A DNA stretch of 64,000 bases from the human T2T-CHM13v2.0 reference genome, Homo sapiens: NCBI RefSeq assembly GCF_009914755.1, contig NC_060940.1. One strand, written 5' to 3'. Positions within the stretch are counted from its first letter, which is position 1; each line of letters begins with the position of its first letter. The notes under the pieces were generated by a model that did no database searches, was not told where the DNA came from, and worked only from the letters and a program-made list of their open reading frames with translations. Of this stretch, positions 22,060-40,399 are shown piece by piece. Position numbers and translations under genes: made by a program.

Positions 22060-22497
22060 GCATCTTGTGGGCCATGGGGACAATGATCTCCTCTAGAACC
22101 TCAATCAGATGCTATTTATTAACCTGGTGGAGGTCTTTGAAATTCCACAGGACCCCTAAAAGACCATTCTAGCCCAACCGCCTTCCTGTGTAGATGGAAA
22201 AACTGAGGCCTCGAGGAATCGAACCTATGTAGAGCATGTGAAGTGGACCTGGCACAGAGCATGCTCAGTGAGTGTTGGCTACGATCACTGTGCTGGGTCC
22301 TGACTCTCGCTATGTGACATGGGCCAAGTCACTCCCTCCCTCTCGAGGCCTCAGTTTTTCCATCTACACAGGAAGGCAGTTGGGCTAGAATGGTCTTTTA
22401 GGGGTCCTGTGGAATTCCAAAGACCTCCACCAGGTTAATAAATAGCATCTGATTGAGGTTCTAGAGGAGACCGTTGCCCCCGTGGCCCACAAGATGC
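22060..22497. repeat. Long non-Alu inverted repeat: arms 22060-22215 and 22342-22497, spacer 126 nt
   Basis: Manual base-by-base comparison: 156-nt arms, no indels, 6 transition mismatches. Confidence 0.95.
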
Positions 22498-22539
22498 CCA
22501 CCACACCCGGCTGCGTTATGGCTTTAAAAATAATGTCAT

Positions 22540-23139
<600 letters not shown>

Positions 23140-23645
23140 TATCAGGATTTTAATCTAGGCAGTCTCACTCACCATGGTGTGGAAAATAAAAAGCATAAGC
23201 ATTATGGCCAAAACCCAGTGTTATTAATACCTGTAACAGTATTGATCAGTATTGATAACCTGGTTCTTGGCTTTAATTTCATTTTTCTGTTTGCCCTTGT
23301 TCTGTTGTCAGGGAAATTAATCTAGACTCTACTCCATGTGACCTCAGGCTAGTTACCTAACTCCCTAAGCCTCAATTTCTGCATTTGTAAAATGAGGATA
23401 ACAGCAGTTCCCACCTCTTAAAGCAATGGTGAGGATCAGGGTAGGGCCTGGCACTTAGTAAGTGCCCATTTAGCCGGGCAAGGTGGCTCATGCCTGTAAT
23501 CCCAGCACTTTAGGAGGCTGAGGTGGGCGGATCACGAGGTCAAGAGGTCAAGACTGTCCTGGCCAACATGGTGAAACCCTGTCTCTACTAAAAATATAAA
23601 AAATAATTAGCCAGGCGTGGTAGCACATGCCTGTAATCCCAGCTA

Positions 23646-23910
<265 letters not shown>

Positions 23911-24620
23911 TCAGACTGGAGAGCTGTCTCTGCCTCCTGGCACTAAATGGGGACAGAGTGGATTCTGCCTTCTGGCCCTTTGACTAAGAGGAGCCCAGCG
24001 AGAGTGCAGAGCATTTTAACTTGAAATCTGTGCTGAGATAGGCTGACAACCCGGGGAGGGGGTGGGGGTAGAAACGTGGGGGTTGTTTTTGATTGCCCCA
24101 GTGATTGGGGGCACTACGGGCATTTAGTGGTAGAAACCCGCAATGCTGTGGCAAATCCTGCATGATGAAAAAACTTCCACACAGGCTAACAGCTCCCTTC
24201 TTGAGAAAGTTGAGTCTAAACCAAAGGCCTTTCTTTAAAGAGGCCACTGATATTATGTTCGTCACCCACACACATAGCCCCTTCTCCACTCTGGGATTGC
24301 CACGCAGTCTCCCCCGAGTGGTGCCCAGTGTGCAGGCTGGGCTGGGCCTGGCTTCTGCTCTGTGGTTAGCCTGCCACCCCCTGGGCCTTGGAAGGCCAGT
24401 TAGCCCAATACCTGCTGCAGCCTCATTTCTGACATTCCTGCATTTGTGTGATCACTAATGCTGTGATAACACAGGTTAGCATCTGATCGGATCTGCTCAA
24501 CATTAGCACTTACATAACCAAGTCATGTGCGTTTAGTTTTATTAATAATTGAATGCGGCCTGGCATTGTGGCTCAGGCCTGTAATCCCAGCACTTTGGGA
24601 GGCCGAGGTGGGGCAGATCA

Positions 24621-24905
<285 letters not shown>

Positions 24906-25169
24906 TCACGAGGTCAGGAGTTTGAGACCAGCCTGGCCAAGATGGTGAAAGCCTGTCTCTACTAAAAATACAAAAATTAGCCAGGCATGGTGGCGGGTGC
25001 CTGTAATCTCAGCTACTCAGGAGGCTGAGGCAGGAGAATAGCTTGAACGCGGGAGGCGGAGGTTGCAGTGAGCTGAGATCACGCCACTGCTCTCTAGTCT
25101 GGGTGACAGAGCAAGACTTAGTCTCAAAAAAATTGAATGCTCAGTTGGAAATATGGGTGTTTCATATAA

Positions 25170-25460
<291 letters not shown>

Positions 25461-25902
25461 TGATCTGCCCACTTCGGCCTCTCAAAGTGCCGGGATTGCA
25501 GGCATAAGCCACTGCGCCCAGCCCTCCTTTACTTTCTTAATAAAGTTGCTTTTACTTTAAAAAAAAAATGGGTTAGCTATCTTTTAGGAAGAATATTCTT
25601 TTTGAAGCAAAAAAACAGTGTAGCAGCCAATGATGCAAAGAAGTTATTGGTCCTGCATGACATGGCTTTTAAAACTTCATGTTATAAAAATACTGTGATT
25701 ATTGATTTTTTTAAAAGTAAAATGACAAATTAATTTTTCTATCCCAATAATCCTTTTCATTATGGTGAATTTTGCTTTAGCCAAAGATCAGCTTTTACTG
25801 CTGTTTTCCAAAGTGTGCTTGTGGAGTATTTCTCTGCATTGCCCACATGTGGAAGCCGTATTCTCAAACTTTCTTCATGGTGTACTCAGATCCCCGCACT
25901 GA

Positions 25903-26208
<306 letters not shown>

Positions 26209-26263
26209 TGAGCTTTAACTCCTGGAACTAAGAGGCCACCAACATTGCCCGTCCACTCCTTAA

Positions 26264-26563
<300 letters not shown>

Positions 26564-26696
26564 TAAACTCCTAATTCTAGGAGCATCAGTCAATCAGTAG
26601 GTCTTTCTGGGGCTTGTGGAATGTACCAGGCTTTGGGGATACAGTGGTGAGCAAACAGACTCGGCCCTGCCATCAGGTCATCTGGAGGGGCCCGCA

Positions 26697-26885
26697 CAGT
26701 GGTTCTGAAAGGGTGGTTTCCAACAGCATTAGCATCACCAGGAATTTGCTATTATTAGAAAGGCAATTTCTCAGGCCCTGCTCCAGACTTACTGATTCAG
26801 AAATTTAGGAATAGAACCCAGTAATCTGCATGTTAACAAGCTCCCAAGGCATTCTGATACATGCTAGAGTCTGCAAATTACTGGT
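26697..26885. mobile_element. MER5A DNA transposon
   Basis: cagtggttct ... agcatcaccaggaatttg ... ccagacttactgattcagaaa ... attactg termini. Confidence 0.75.
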
Positions 26886-27160
26886 CTAGTGGGAGGAAAT
26901 GTTTAGTTAAAAACAAATTTCTTGGCTCTAAAGATAGAACCTATCACAGTTGTTTTTTCCACATTTTGACTTGGTCTTAATATAGACAACACACATCGTC
27001 AGTCAGAGATCAATCATATGAATACAACAAGAACATGCTCTTTGCTGGGCGCAGTGGCTCACACTTGTAATCCCAACACTTTGGGAGGCCAAGGTGGGTG
27101 GATCACTTGAGGTCAGGAGTTTGAGACCACCCTGGCCAATGTGGTGAAATCCTGTCTCTA

Positions 27161-27322
<162 letters not shown>

Positions 27323-27349
27323 TTAGAAAAACAAAACAAAAAAGAAAGT

Positions 27350-27820
27350 AGGAAATTAGGTCAGAGCAGTGACAGGCACAGGGTATCATCATGTCAGGCC
27401 TCATAGGTTATTGTGAAGACTCTGGGTAGAACTGAAAGTTATCAGACGGTTTTGAGCAGAGGGGTGATGTGATTTGACTTAAGTTTTGCAAGATTCCTGC
27501 TGAGCAGACTATATGGGGGCGAAGGTGGAGGCAGGGAGACCATCTAGGAGGCTGTTGCCATAATCCAGGGGTAAAAAGGTGATGGGAGGCTCAGGCTAGG
27601 ATGGCAGCATTGAGGTGGTCAGAGGTGGTCATGTTTCAAGGTAGAGTCCCTTCAGATTGATGTGTGGAATTAGGGTAAGACCCATGGATGATCGCAAGGC
27701 TTTCGGCTTAAGGAGAAACATGGCATTTCCATTTGCCGTTTTGGGAAGGACCATGGGAAGAGACTTGCCAGGCCAGTCCAAGTGGAGGTGTCAGTAGGCA
27801 GCTAGACCTGGGTTCAGAGA
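27350..27820 (-). mobile_element. L2 fragment
   Basis: ttttgagcagaggggtgatgtgatttgactt; ggaggcagggagacc...aggaggctgttgcc; approximate bounds. Confidence 0.6.
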
Positions 27821-28426
27821 AGTCCATTTGGCGTCTTGCCTTCCCCCAGACTCGGGAGAGGAGAGGTTACTGTCTAGCCCACATGTGCGTGCATCTTCAG
27901 AACCCGTGGACTCCCAAGGAAGGTTGGGTCTGTTTTGTCTGGCCAAGGACAGACAGCAGTTCCATCAGCAGGCAAAAAAGTAATGATCCTGAGCAGTGGT
28001 GTATGCTCTTAAATCGAACTGCCATAGAGAGATGGCTAGAGGGTCCCCTCTTAATACAGGGTTAACTGTGTGTAGGCATGAGAGAGAAGGCAGCCAGGAT
28101 CCCCAGTTGGCCAGTTCCCCCCATGTCCAAATAGCCTGCCAGCCTTTCAGACCACATCACTGAAGCCAGGCCCTTTTAAAATTCCAACACTGGGGCTGGG
28201 CACAGTGGCTTATGCCTGTAATCCCAGCACTTTGGGAGCTGAGGCAGGCAGATCACCTGAGGTCAGGAGTTAGAGACCAGCTTGGCCAACATGGTGAAAC
28301 CCCGTCTCTACTAAAAATACAAAAATTTGAGATCACGCCACTGCATTCCAGCCTGGGTGACAGAGCGAGACTCTGTTTCAAAAATAAATAAATAAATAAA
28401 TGGGCCCCTGTAATCTCAGCTACTCA

Positions 28427-28839
<413 letters not shown>

Positions 28840-29374
28840 TCAAAAAAAAAAAAAAAATTCCAACACTGCATTCCACGTAAGTTTAGATTACTGTACCCTA
28901 TGAAAGTTGCATTATCTTGTTCTTAAAGTCTGTGGCTAATTAGGGGACATCTGGTGACTAAAAGAGAGTCTCATTGAAAGACAACATCTGCTGGGAGGTT
29001 CCCATCCCGACATCCCGACGAAAGGTTTTCTTAAGGATCAGTACCACCAATCTGGTTAGACTGACAGCATTATGGGTGAGGAGAAGGAAGTCAGAATCTT
29101 CTAGGAGGAGGTGTTATAAGCTGAGAGCTGACATGTGGGAGCCATGTGTATGCATAGAGTCTGCCAGGTGAGGAAGGAGCCTGTATGAAGGTTCTTAAGG
29201 GGAAGTTGCTGGGGGTATTCAAGGAACACAGAGGAGGCCAATGTGCCTAGATCTTAGTGGGTAGGGGGACTTGGAGGCATAGGCTGGGAACAAATCTTGC
29301 CAGCCTTGATAAAGAGTTGAAGTTTTCCTAGGTGCAAGTAAAGCCATTGTAGCATGTTAAGCTCTGGCTACTGA

Positions 29375-29677
<303 letters not shown>

Positions 29678-29933
29678 TGACCAAGTTAGCTGTGTTGACC
29701 AGGCCCTGGCATGAAGCATGCGTCTTCCTTTTCTAACATCCTCCAGCACTTCTCTGGTCCATTGCTGTAGTCTCTTTGGCCCTAGCCAAGTTAACCTCAA
29801 GCCTATGTTTAATTTGCTAGGACAAGGGAGGATGGAAATGAGGGTTTTCCAAAATCTGTGACATCATCTGTCTTGTAAGACCTCCCCATGAGCCAGAGTA
29901 TCCAAAGGGTAGGGGGTGTGGGGTGAGATGTAA

Positions 29934-30245
<312 letters not shown>

Positions 30246-30802
30246 TGACTCCACCACCAACCAGCTTTTGACCTCTGGCTTATTTGAGTAACTTCTGGGG
30301 TTTGTTTCTTCCTCCATAGAACTCACTTGCAGAGTGGTTAAAAATGATTAGGAGGGGCTGGGCACGGTGCCTCACGCCTGTAATCTGAGCACTTTGGGAG
30401 GCTGAGACGGGTGAATCATGAGGTCAGGAGTTCAAGACCAGCCTGGCCAACATGGCGAAACCCCATCTCTACTAAAAATACAAAAATTAGCCAGGCATGG
30501 TGGCGGGCACCTGTAGTCCCAGCTACTCGGGAGGCTGAGCACAAGAATCGCTTGAACCAAGGAGGCAGAGGTTGCAGTGAGCCGACATCACGCCACTGCA
30601 CTCCAGCCTGGGTGACAGAGCAAGACTCCATCTCAACAACAACAACAAAAATGATTAGGAGGCTGGGCACAGTGCCTCATGCCTGTAATCTCAGAACTTT
30701 CAGAGGCCAAGGCGGGCAGATCACTTGAGGTCAGGAGTTTGAGATCAGCCTGGCCAACATGGTGGGAGGTGGAGGTTGCAGTGAGCCAAGATCGCACCTG
30801 GG

Positions 30803-31214
30803 TGCAACTTATGGCTGTAGTGAATGCCGAGAATGAAGTACTCAGACAATTCTAGCTGAGCGGGGCGGGGAGCAGTTCCTTTGAGAGAGCGTCACTCTAA
30901 GATCTGTCTGCCAGGTATTTATTGAGAGAGCTTGTTTAAACTACAATTTAGACAAACAAGAGACATCCACCAGGTGGCTCTTGGCGGTCGGGTATGAGGC
31001 ACATATGGCCTTGTAAAAAACACTCAAACCACATTTTTAGGAGGCTGTGTTCAGCGCTCCTTATCACACATACTACTCCCTGTCCTGTTTTCAAGGTCCA
31101 GGAGATCTAGTCTTGTGTACAAACAACATGCACACAGCGCCTCAATATTTTTCCATGCCTCGACCTCAGATGCCTCTTACATAGGCTTGAATGTCTTGTC
31201 GTGCGCCCCCCACA
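30803..31214 (-). mobile_element. Solo LTR of a class II ERV (LTR3/HML-6-like) inserted into an Alu
   Basis: TG...CA termini; 6-bp TSD CCTGGG (30797-30802, 31215-31220); 412 bp; minus-strand start TGTGGGGGGCGCAC and AATAAA (30918-30923). Family assignment from recalled consensus. Confidence 0.8.
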
Positions 31215-31433
31215 CCTGGGCAACAAAGGGAGACTCCATCTCAAAAAAAAAAAAAGGCCGGGCACAGTGGCTCATGCCTGTAATCCCACCAGCACTTTGG
31301 GAGGCTGAGGCGGGCAGATCACAAGGTCAAGAGATTGAGACTATCCTGGCCAACATGGTGAAACCCTGTCTCTACTAAAAATACAAAAAATTAGCTGGGC
31401 GTCCTGGTGGGCGCCTGTAGTCCCAGCTACTCA

Positions 31434-31538
<105 letters not shown>

Positions 31539-31727
31539 TTAAAAAAAAAAAAATTAGGAATGATTTATTCATTTATTCAACACATATAGCAGTTGAATAC
31601 TCTGGAGCCAGACTACCTGGGTTTGGATTATAGATCCCAGGTGATTGCACTTGGGGGGCAAAGTTTGGAGCCTCTGCTGTAGAAGACTTCAAGGATTGAA
31701 CGAGCAGGCAGCTAGGACAGTGCCAGC

Positions 31728-31893
31728 ACAGTGGTTCCCGACCCTGCCTGCGTGTTGGAATCACCTGGGCACCTTCAGAAACCACTGATGCCTCAGCTCA
31801 CCTCCAAAGATTGTGATATAATTGAACTGGGTGTGGCCTGGGCTTCAGAATTTATAAAAGATTCTCCAGATAATTTAAGTTTCGGAACTACTG
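31728..31893. mobile_element. MER5-family DNA transposon
   Basis: cagtggttccc...ggaatcacctggg...ggaactactg. Confidence 0.7.
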
Positions 31894-32274
31894 ACCTAGC
31901 ATGTAGCGCTTATTAGATAATGATAGCTATTGTTGCGAGGTGCTATTCTAATAACTGCTTTACAGGTATTTACTCATTTACTCATTCATCTGTTCCTTTA
32001 AAACTATACGGAGGCACATGTCCTCAGTACCTCCCGAGGCTGTGTCACAGGCATGCATCCTTTAAAAAAGGAAGAAAAAAACTATTGTCATTTTACAGAC
32101 AAGGAAACAGGCATAGAGCGGTTAAGGGACTCGCCCAAGGCCACAAAGCTAGTGTGTGGTGTGAGTTCTGGCCCGGGCTGTCTGATTTCAGTCCTTGCCC
32201 TTACCCCCTGGCCTGTGTTGCACTGAGCACTTGCTGTCTGCTGGTCCCTGAGTGAATGAATTCTGCATGAATAA

Positions 32275-32616
<342 letters not shown>

Positions 32617-33255
32617 GCGGCCTGCCTGCAGGGCTGGGGACCAAACGTCAGGCCACAGAGCATCTCCAAGGGGTCTCAGTTCCCCCTTCAGCTGAGGACT
32701 TCGGAGCTTGTCAGGAAGTGGCCGTAGCAACTTGGCGGAGACAGGCTATGAGTCTGACGTTAGAGTGGTTGCTTCCTTAGCCTTTCAGGATGGAGGAATG
32801 TGGGCAGTTTGACTTCAGCACTGAAAACCTCTCCACCTGGGCCAGGGTTGCCTCAGAGGCCAAGTTTCCAGAAGCCTCTTACCTGCCGTAAAATGCTCAA
32901 CCCTGTGTCCTGGGCCTGGGCCTGCTGTGACTGACCTACAGTGGACTTTCTCTCTGGAATGGAACCTTCTTAGGCCTCCTGGTGCAACTTAATTTTTTTT
33001 TTTAATGCTATCTTCAAAACGTTAGAGAAAGTTCTTCAAAAGTGCAGCCCAGAGCTGCTGGGCCCACTGGCCGTCCTGCATTTCTGGTTTCCAGACCCCA
33101 ATGCCTCCCATTCGGATGGATCTCTGCGTTTTTATACTGAGTGTGCCTAGGTTGCCCCTTATTTTTTATTTTCCCTGTTGCGTTGCTATAGATGAAGGGT
33201 GAGGACAATCGTGTATATGTACTAGAACTTTTTTATTAAAGAAACTTTTCCCAGA
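32617..33255 (+). other. CDH3: CDH3 3' UTR (end approximate)
   Basis: Unique sequence after the stop, ending about 15 nt after ATTAAA. Confidence 0.75.
33235..33240 (+). terminator. Polyadenylation signal ATTAAA
   Basis: Variant hexamer preceded by a U-rich run and TGTA elements at the end of the unique 3' UTR. Confidence 0.75.
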
Positions 33256-33551
33256 GGTGCCTGGGGAGTGAACTGTTTTCTAAATAGAAGGTTTATTGGC
33301 ATCTAACTCACATACCATACCATTCACTTGTTTAACGTTTACAATTCAATGGTTTTTAGAATTTTCAGAGTTCTGCAAAAAGAGTGGGCTCTGTTTACCC
33401 TGCTGGCTTCACCCAAGCTTCCTCTCAATGGCAGGGGATACTCAGGGTCAGCTTCCATGCCTAAGTGGGCTCAGGGAGGGGAGACTTGCCCTCCTTTGCA
33501 AAGTCAGTTGCTCCATGAGAGAGAACCATTAACCTCTTACCCCAAGGCTGA

Positions 33552-33917
<366 letters not shown>

Positions 33918-35695
33918 TAGACAGGATGTCTCGATCTCCTGACCTCGTGATCCGCCCACGTCGGCCTCCCAAAGTGCTAGGATTACAGGCTTGAGCCACC
34001 GCGCCCAGCGCTGGCACATCATTTAACCTCCAGTTGCCTCAGATTTTACATTTACAAAATGGGGAGTTTTTGTGGAGATTAAGTGAATTAATATCTGGCA
34101 CATGGTCCATGCAATCTGTTAGTTGGTAACAGCTACCATTTATTCAGTACTTTTAAAGGCCAGACAGGACTTCGATTATTTCCTCTAAATCCTCACAATC
34201 ACCCTCTGAGGGGACTTTCTCCTTTAAAGAATGGCCACATTGTATTTGTTTTTTTAAATGACATCTGGTCATCATCGAAATCAAGCAAAACAAAATTAAG
34301 AGAACCTACCCAAGATGTCAGTGAAATTGGAACATTCCTGACAATACCAGGGCATAAATGCAGGAATCAGGAATAGGCAGCAGTGATAGAACAATTCTGT
34401 TTGTGCCCTTGTTAACGTGAAGTTCAAAGTCATCTTTGCAATTAGCCAAAAGAATCTGAAGTGAAGCTGAGGAAATTGCTGATGTTGAAATAAACATTTC
34501 CTTCCATGAGGATGACTAATTCTGTAAAGCGTCTCTGCTCAAAGCACAGACCCTGAACCGGAGTTATCGGTGCCACCTGCTGAATCGGAACCTCTAGGCA
34601 GGGCCCTGCTGTGGGTTGACAAGCCCTCCGTGGTATGCTCCTGCACACTCAGGTTTGCTGCCAAGACTCTGAAGGATGAGGCCAAGGAGCCTGAAGCCTC
34701 AGACTTTGGATGGAGAAACCAAAAGGAAATGAAGTTGGGGCTGGGCACCATGGCTCACGCCTGTAATTCCAACACTTTAAGAGGCTGAGGTGGGTGGATC
34801 ACTTGAGGTCAGGGGTTCGAGACCAGCCTGGCCTGATCCGCCCGCCTCGGCCTCCCAAAGTGCAGAGCTATAGGCGTGAGCCACCGTGCCCGGCCTACAC
34901 ACACATTTTTGTACTAAAAATACAAAAATTAGCTGGGTGTGGCGCCTATAATCCCAGCTACTTGGGAAACTGAGGCACAAGAATCTCATGAATCCGGGAG
35001 GTGGAGGTTGCAGTGAGCCGAGATCACGCCACTGCACTCCAGCCCAGGCGACAGAGTGAGACCCTATCTCAACAACAAAAGGGTATGAAGTCGGATGAGA
35101 AAGCTCACCTGTCCTTGGTCCATGGCACCCTCAGGACAAAGCCGCCTCCTGCCTCTCCCACTGAGCTGGGGCCTCAGATTCCCCTCTGCCAGGGCTGTCT
35201 TTGCTGACAGGGAGTGTGGGAGGATTGGGTGTCTCTGCTAGCAAACACCTGCTGCCCGTTATCTTCAACTCCCTTCAGAGAAGCCTGGATAAATCAGAAA
35301 CTCTATCTTCAGCAGAGGCTAATCATGAAACCAAGCAGCCCCTGTTTAGGCTGGCCTTCCTCCCCTGAGATATTTGGAGGAAAAACAGCCTTTCCCAGCC
35401 TCAACTGGCCTCGGTGGATGGATGTAGAGTCCCCTGGCAATGGAACCAGTCACCAGCCCCCGAGAGGTTTAGAAAGAATCAGAGCCTGGGCTCTGTGATG
35501 GGGACAATATTAAGTCACTCTCTCACTCTGGGCCTGCTTCTCATCTGCAAAACAGAAGCTTAGGACTCTGATCCTTAGTGCCTGTAATAAGTAAAAACAT
35601 TTGCATTGGTAAGACACCAGCGCTAACCACGCAGAGTGGACACTAACCAGAAACAACTGATGTGCTGGCCATGATGAGGACCATCGGTCCTTTGA

Positions 35696-36449
<754 letters not shown>

Positions 36450-36724
36450 TGACTTACTGTCCCCAACACATCCAGTTTGGATGTGTTATTTAATGTCACC
36501 ACAATCCATAGATATTGGTCATTCTAATTTTTTGCCCTTAACAATGTCAAACAACTTGCAGCATCCACTTGTGCAGATGCTTCAAAGCCAGTCCTGCATT
36601 CTACGGTGGGGTCGGGGGCAGGAGATGGGGATCGTGGTCCCGGTTGAGATCAGGGCTTCCTTGAATGTGGGGTTCACTCTTGGATGACTGGCCCTTGAAA
36701 GCACCCCTGGCACTCATTCTATTA

Positions 36725-37244
<520 letters not shown>

Positions 37245-37866
37245 TCAAAAGATGGCACTCCCTATGGCCCCTCCAGTGGGGACAGAGATGGGCCAGCGGC
37301 CAGGCCTCACTTCATACCATGCCTTTTCCCTCGTCACTGACCCAACGATCTTTTTTTCTTCCCAAAGGGACTAAAGGGGCTACAGATAGGCCCTGTCCCC
37401 ACAGTGCGCTTTCCCAGTCCCTAGAGAGGCCTGAGGAGGGTGGCATGCTCTCATTCCTAGACAGTTGGTGAGGAGCTGGGGCCCCGAATTCCCGGCCCCC
37501 CATTTCTAGGCATGGACCTCACTCACTCACTTCCGGGCCCACAAAGGGACTCAGGGAGAAGACCCAGCCCGGGGACTGCTGGGGGGTGGCCACTCAGGAA
37601 AGGGCCCTGAGGCGATGGGCCTGCCATTGAAAGTGTGGGAGCAGTCACCCTGGGAAGCCCCTTTTACAGCCCACACCCTGTGTGTCCAGTTCGAGGCTTG
37701 CTGGAGAGCTCCAGGGAACGACTCCCTCCAGGCTAAAGGCAGAACCCACCTTCTGGCCTCCCGTTAAAACAATCCCCCCAGCAGAGTACAAGTTCAAATC
37801 CCGGCACTTCTAGGCATGAGGCCCTGGACAAACCACATAACCTCTCTGTCTCCGTTTTCTCATCTA

Positions 37867-38211
<345 letters not shown>

Positions 38212-38219
38212 TTAATATT

Positions 38220-38519
<300 letters not shown>

Positions 38520-38726
38520 TTAATATCTGTAAGGGCTTGGAAGGGTGCCTGGCGCACAGGATACTGTGTGTTGTCACTACTGTTGTGGTAGTGTAGGGAC
38601 TCACAAGGCCTGCTAGCGCTCCCTTGGTGGAAACTTCACTTCCCAGCAGGAGGAATTCCCTGAGATTCCCCAACCTGCAGGGAGTGCCAGTGTCAGGTAT
38701 GATTTCCCTGAAGGCTCTTTCCCCAC

Positions 38727-38743
38727 GCCCAGCAGAGGGCACC
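38727..38743 (+). promoter_or_regulatory. Candidate CTCF site
   Basis: gcCCAGCAGAGGGCAcc matches the CTCF core; motif only. Confidence 0.4.
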
Positions 38744-40017
38744 ATTCACTCAAACCACCACCACAGCGCATAGAACTCCCAGCCCAAGCGCCAGGTCTGC
38801 AGGGAGGGAGGGAGAGAGGAAGGGAACAGTGGCACTGGCTGCCACATGCCACACAGGGAGTCAGCTGGGTGGCCGGAACGGCCTTGGACACTGATGAAGA
38901 CAGTCAATATGGAGTCAGTTACATGTTCTCCCGCCTCACAACCCTGGGGAGAGTTTCGATGGTTCCCTTTTATTTAAAGGAAATTGCAGCCAGGCGTGAT
39001 GGCTCACACCTGTAATCCCAGCACTTTGGAAGGCCAAGGTGGGAAAAATCATTTGAGCCCAGGAGTTCCAGACCAGCCTGGGCAACATAGTGAGACCCCA
39101 TCTCTATTAAAAAACAATTTTTTTTGATTCATCTGAGTGTGGTGACACACACCTGTGGTCCCAGCTACTCGGGAGGCTGAGGAGGAGGATCCCTTGAGCC
39201 TAGGAGGTCAAGGCTGCAGTGAGCCGTGATTACACCACTGCACTCCAGCCTGGGTGACAGAACAAGACCCTGCCTCAAAAAAAACGAAAAAATGAGAGAG
39301 AGGTTAATGGCCACATACGATCAGGAAGCAGCAGAGACAGTTTTGGGGTCTAGATCTCCTTGATTGCCAGGTGGGCTCTTTTTACAATTAAGGATATAAA
39401 CTCCAGTTGCAGATGGGGCCGTGGGGCAGGCAGGCCGTAGAAGGTGCCCTTCAGGTAATGCTTATGGCTTCCTGCAAGGTGGAGTTGGCCTCACTGACTC
39501 TGAGACTCTGTAGCCCTGAAGCACAAAAGCCACAGCATTCCCAGCCACTTCTGGGGTCCCCTTGAGTATGTGGCATCATCTAAGGCTTTTTTATTCATTC
39601 GTTTAACAACTTCATTGAGCACCTGTTCTGTGCAAGACACTGTTTTTTTTTTGGAGATACAGTCTCGCTCTATCCCCCAGGCTGGAGTGCAGTGACGCGA
39701 TCTTGGCTCACTGCAAACCTCCACCTCCCGAGTTCAAGTGATCCTCCTGCCTCAGCCTCCCGAGTAGCTGGGATTACAGGCGCATGCCACCATGCCTGGC
39801 TAACTTTTGTATTTTTAGTAGAGACGGAGTTTCACTATGTTGGCCAGGTTGGTCTTGAATTCCTGACCTCAGGTGATCCACCTGCCTCGGCCTCCCAAAC
39901 TGCTGGGATTACAGGCGTGAGCCGCCGTGCCCAGCCCCAAGACACTGTTCTTGGTGCTAGGGTTATAGCAATGCAGAAAACAGTAAAAAAGCCCAGTGAG
40001 CCGGGCGCGGTGGCTCA

Positions 40018-40399
<382 letters not shown>

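Noticed and set aside
24162-24250. Possible box C/D snoRNA (ATGATGA ... CTGA about 88 nt apart) in intron 12
   Set aside because: No terminal stem, no clear C'/D' boxes or recognisable guide, and far from the branch point.
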